Assembly (NCBI RefSeq): GCF_044324785.1
Contig: NZ_CP172127.1
From: Escherichia coli
GTDB lineage: Bacteria > Pseudomonadota > Gammaproteobacteria > Enterobacterales > Enterobacteriaceae
Strand: one strand, 5' to 3'
Length of the DNA: 64,000 nucleotides
Part shown: one piece after another, positions 61,065 to 64,000 of the stretch
Layout: the number at the start of each line of letters is the position of its first letter
Position numbering within the stretch: position 1 is the stretch's first letter
Made by a program: the position numbers and the translations under genes
The notes under the pieces: generated by a model
Told to the model about the DNA's origin: nothing
The model's database searches: none
What the model saw: only the letters and a program-made list of their open reading frames with translations

Positions 61065-62434
61065 TAGGCAGCTTAACCGCGCGCATCTTCGCCATCTTCT
61101 GGCTGACGCTGGCGCTGGTGTTGATGTTAGTTTTGATGTTACCCAAGCTCGATTCACGCCAGATGACCGAGCTTCTGGATAGCGAACAGCGTCAGGGGCT
61201 GATGATTGAGCAGCATGTTGAAGCGGAGCTGGCGAACGATCCGCCCAACGATTTAATGTGGTGGCGGCGTCTGTTCCGGGCGATTGATAAGTGGGCACCG
61301 CCAGGACAGCGTTTGTTATTGGTGACCACCGAAGGCCGCGTGATCGGCGCTGAACGCAGCGAAATGCAGATCATTCGTAACTTTATTGGTCAGGCCGATA
61401 ACGCCGATCATCCGCAGAAGAAAAAGTATGGCCGCGTGGAACTGGTCGGTCCGTTCTCCGTGCGTGATGGCGAAGATAATTACCAACTTTATCTGATTCG
61501 TCCGGCCAGCAGTTCTCAATCCGATTTCATTAACTTACTGTTTGACCGCCCGCTATTACTGCTGATTGTCACCATGTTGGTCAGTACGCCGCTGCTGTTG
61601 TGGTTGGCCTGGAGTCTGGCAAAACCGGCGCGTAAGCTGAAAAACGCTGCCGATGAAGTTGCCCAGGGAAACTTACGCCAGCACCCGGAACTGGAAGCGG
61701 GGCCACAGGAATTCCTTGCCGCCGGTGCCAGTTTTAACCAGATGGTCACCGCGCTGGAGCGCATGATGACCTCTCAGCAGCGTCTGCTTTCTGATATCTC
61801 TCACGAGCTGCGCACCCCGCTGACGCGTCTGCAACTGGGTACGGCGTTACTGCGCCGTCGTAGTGGTGAAAGCAAGGAACTGGAGCGTATTGAAACCGAA
61901 GCGCAACGTCTGGACAGCATGATCAACGATCTGTTGGTGATGTCACGTAATCAGCAGAAAAATGCGCTGGTTAGCGAGACCATCAAAGCCAACCAGTTGT
62001 GGAGTGAAGTGCTGGATAACGCGGCGTTCGAAGCCGAGCAGATGGGCAAGTCGTTGACGGTTAACTTCCCGCCTGGGCCGTGGCCGCTGTACGGCAACCC
62101 GAACGCCCTGGAGAGTGCGCTGGAAAACATTGTTCGTAATGCTCTGCGTTATTCCCATACGAAGATTGAAGTGGGCTTTGCGGTAGATAAAGACGGTATC
62201 ACCATTACGGTGGACGACGATGGTCCTGGCGTTAGCCCGGAAGATCGCGAACAGATTTTTCGTCCGTTCTATCGGACCGATGAAGCACGCGATCGTGAAT
62301 CTGGCGGTACGGGCTTAGGGCTGGCAATTGTTGAAACCGCCATTCAGCAGCATCGTGGCTGGGTTAAAGCGGAAGACAGCCCGCTGGGCGGTTTACGGCT
62401 GGTGATTTGGTTGCCGCTGTATAAGCGGAGTTAA
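61061..62434 (+). CDS. cpxA: envelope-stress sensor histidine kinase CpxA
   Basis: 457-aa ORF overlapping the cpxR stop by 4 bp; H-box SHELRTPLTRL; HATPase motifs DDDGPGV and GGTGLGLAIV. Confidence 0.97.
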   Translation: MIGSLTARIFAIFWLTLALVLMLVLMLPKLDSRQMTELLDSEQRQGLMIEQHVEAELANDPPNDLMWWRRLFRAIDKWAPPGQRLLLVTTEGRVIGAERSEMQIIRNFIGQADNADHPQKKKYGRVELVGPFSVRDGEDNYQLYLIRPASSSQSDFINLLFDRPLLLLIVTMLVSTPLLLWLAWSLAKPARKLKNAADEVAQGNLRQHPELEAGPQEFLAAGASFNQMVTALERMMTSQQRLLSDISHELRTPLTRLQLGTALLRRRSGESKELERIETEAQRLDSMINDLLVMSRNQQKNALVSETIKANQLWSEVLDNAAFEAEQMGKSLTVNFPPGPWPLYGNPNALESALENIVRNALRYSHTKIEVGFAVDKDGITITVDDDGPGVSPEDREQIFRPFYRTDEARDRESGGTGLGLAIVETAIQQHRGWVKAEDSPLGGLRLVIWLPLYKRS

Positions 62435-62444
62435 ACTCGGCGCA

Positions 62445-62625
62445 GGGCCGTCCCCTTCGGGGTCAAGGCAACAGGTCAGCACTGTGCGAACTGATACCCT
62501 CACCCCGGCCCTCTCCCTGAAAGGGCGAGGGGGAAAAACGTAGCCCTGTTCAGCAACGGAGCTGAGCACCGCTCCGGACAGTCCCCTCGCCCCTCTGGGG
62601 AGAGGGTTAGGGTGAGGGGAAAAAT
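62445..62625. repeat. GC-rich intergenic repeat cluster (boxC-like), copy 3, composite
   Basis: Contains ccctcaccccggccctctccctgaaagggcgaggggg and tcccctcgcccctctggggagagggttagggtgaggggaaaa (the latter near-identical to 61-102). Confidence 0.6.
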
Positions 62626-62689
62626 TCAGCACAATGCAAACGGCACTGCTCTCACCGGAAACCATGCCAGATTTCGTATTAAGACAGCC

Positions 62690-63364
62690 TTATTTTCCCC
62701 ACAACCGGCGGGAAAAATCTTCGATCTTGCCGCTCAGTCGGCGCTTTTGCATCGTCCGCGTCCAGCTTTTCGATAACCCGGCGGCGGAGAGTAAACGGTG
62801 ATACTGCTCGTCATCAAACGGCATATGCCATGCGATGGCGGCAGCCTCCTGCACGGTCACATCACTGACACGGGAAACCAACTCCAGCGGAGCATCAGCA
62901 GATACCAACCCTGGCGCAATCACGCTATACAACCACCCAACTTTACCCGTATTTTGCATCAACTGCGCTATATCGCTGATATCAAAATGGTAATTGAGTT
63001 TATAGCAAGGTGAGCGTGGCTGGCTGACCTGAATTAATGCCTCTCCCCAGCGGAAAATATCGCCAATATAAACATTACTTTCCGTCAGACCGTCGGTTGA
63101 GAGATTTTCGCCAAACGCAGGCGCAACAAACAACTCCGCCTGTTCCGGAAATTCCCGCGCCCAGTAGAGATAATGCTCACGAGGATAATGACACAGCGCT
63201 CTGTCTGGCCCGCCGTGAACCTTCTTCTCCGCCTGCTCGTCACCTTCCAGCCCCAGCTCCGTCAGCATCAACTCACCATCAACCTGGATTTTAGCAATTG
63301 CGCTGGGTTTGCCTTCGGGATAAGCCTGAATCTTGCCTGTGTATACATCAACCGGATATCGCAT
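62690..63364 (-). CDS. yiiM: MOSC-domain protein (N-hydroxylated base analogue detoxification)
   Basis: ORF to 63394; canonical YiiM MRYPVDVYTGKIQAYPEGKPSAIAKIQVDG starts at ATG 63364 (224 aa). Confidence 0.9.
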   Translation of the reverse strand: MRYPVDVYTGKIQAYPEGKPSAIAKIQVDGELMLTELGLEGDEQAEKKVHGGPDRALCHYPREHYLYWAREFPEQAELFVAPAFGENLSTDGLTESNVYIGDIFRWGEALIQVSQPRSPCYKLNYHFDISDIAQLMQNTGKVGWLYSVIAPGLVSADAPLELVSRVSDVTVQEAAAIAWHMPFDDEQYHRLLSAAGLSKSWTRTMQKRRLSGKIEDFSRRLWGK

Positions 63365-63512
63365 CTGTTCCCTCTCCACGAGAAATTTCCCCATTAGACC
63401 ATATTTATTTTATGTCAGGCGTGCTGTTTTCGCGGTAAGTATCCAGGCAAGAACTCAATAGCAAACCGGACGAACGTTAGTTCATCCGGCTGTGGGGATT
63501 AAGGAAGCAGGT

Positions 63513-64000
63513 TTATTTCACCGTACCTAAAATTTCGATTTTCGCTGCTCTGGCTTTGACTTTACGTGACCAGATAGAGGTAAGAATTGGCACCAGAATC
63601 GAAGTCACAATGACCGCCGTCGCGACCAGCGAAGTTGCTGCCGGAGCCATCGGTTTAAACGCAGGCACCATTTCAGCAATCAGCACAGGTGTCGCTACCG
63701 CGGCCCCTGCGGAACTGGAAGCGGCAATTCCGGCAGTGCCATCGCCACCGCCAATCAATTTATCGGCGATAATCAACGGAATACCGGTCACGATAATTAC
63801 TGCCACACCCAACAGGATCCCCAGCAAACCTGTCTGGGCAATTACAGTCAAATCAATGGTATTGCCCAGCGCGAAGGCAAAGAATGGAATCAGCGTCTGC
63901 ACCGCTTTGCTGAAAAATTCTCGTAATTCAGGGTCAAGGTTCCCAAGGGCAAAGCCCACCAGGAACGGTAATACTGCGCCGACGAAAACATGCGGTTCAA
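63513..64000 (-). CDS. kdgT: 2-keto-3-deoxygluconate permease, 3' portion (gene continues beyond the window end)
   Basis: Minus-strand hydrophobic ORF ...[54 protein letters not shown] ending at 63513; open at the window boundary; synteny next to yiiM. Confidence 0.8.

Overview
This window reads as an Escherichia coli chromosomal segment, syntenic (reverse-complemented) with the K-12 ~89 min region: argE end, ppc, eptC, yijO, the frw/pfl cluster, ptsA-fsaB-gldA, yijF, yijE, katG, metF, metL-metB, metJ, yiiX, rpmE, priA, cytR, ftsN, hslVU, menA, rraA, zapB, glpFKX, fpr, uspD, yiiS, yiiR, yiiQ, tpiA, cdh, sbp, pfkA, fieF, cpxP, cpxRA, yiiM and the kdgT 3' part. Gene identities and the K-12 comparison come from recognising the ORF-track proteins and from remembered gene order; no database search was run. 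Two accessory insertions interrupt this core. (1) About 2.8 kb between metF and metL carries a secreted UshA-like 5'-nucleotidase and a 376-aa Cys-rich zinc-ribbon protein of unknown function. (2) About 9.9 kb between yiiX and rpmE is an Rhs polymorphic-toxin element: a full-length rhs (1409 aa) with a unique C-terminal toxin domain and a Sel1-like immunity candidate, a degenerate orphan core remnant, an H-repeat (ISAs1-family) element with a frameshifted transposase, a small membrane protein that may be a stranded immunity gene, a second orphan rhs-CT/immunity module sharing a ~1 kb near-identical direct repeat with the main rhs, and a degenerate IS1-like element. The Rhs toxin/immunity modules and the zinc-ribbon protein are the most likely places for undescribed biology. 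Many ORF-track entries are antisense or N-terminally over-extended; starts were corrected where a canonical start was recognisable. No rRNA, tRNA or CRISPR array was found.
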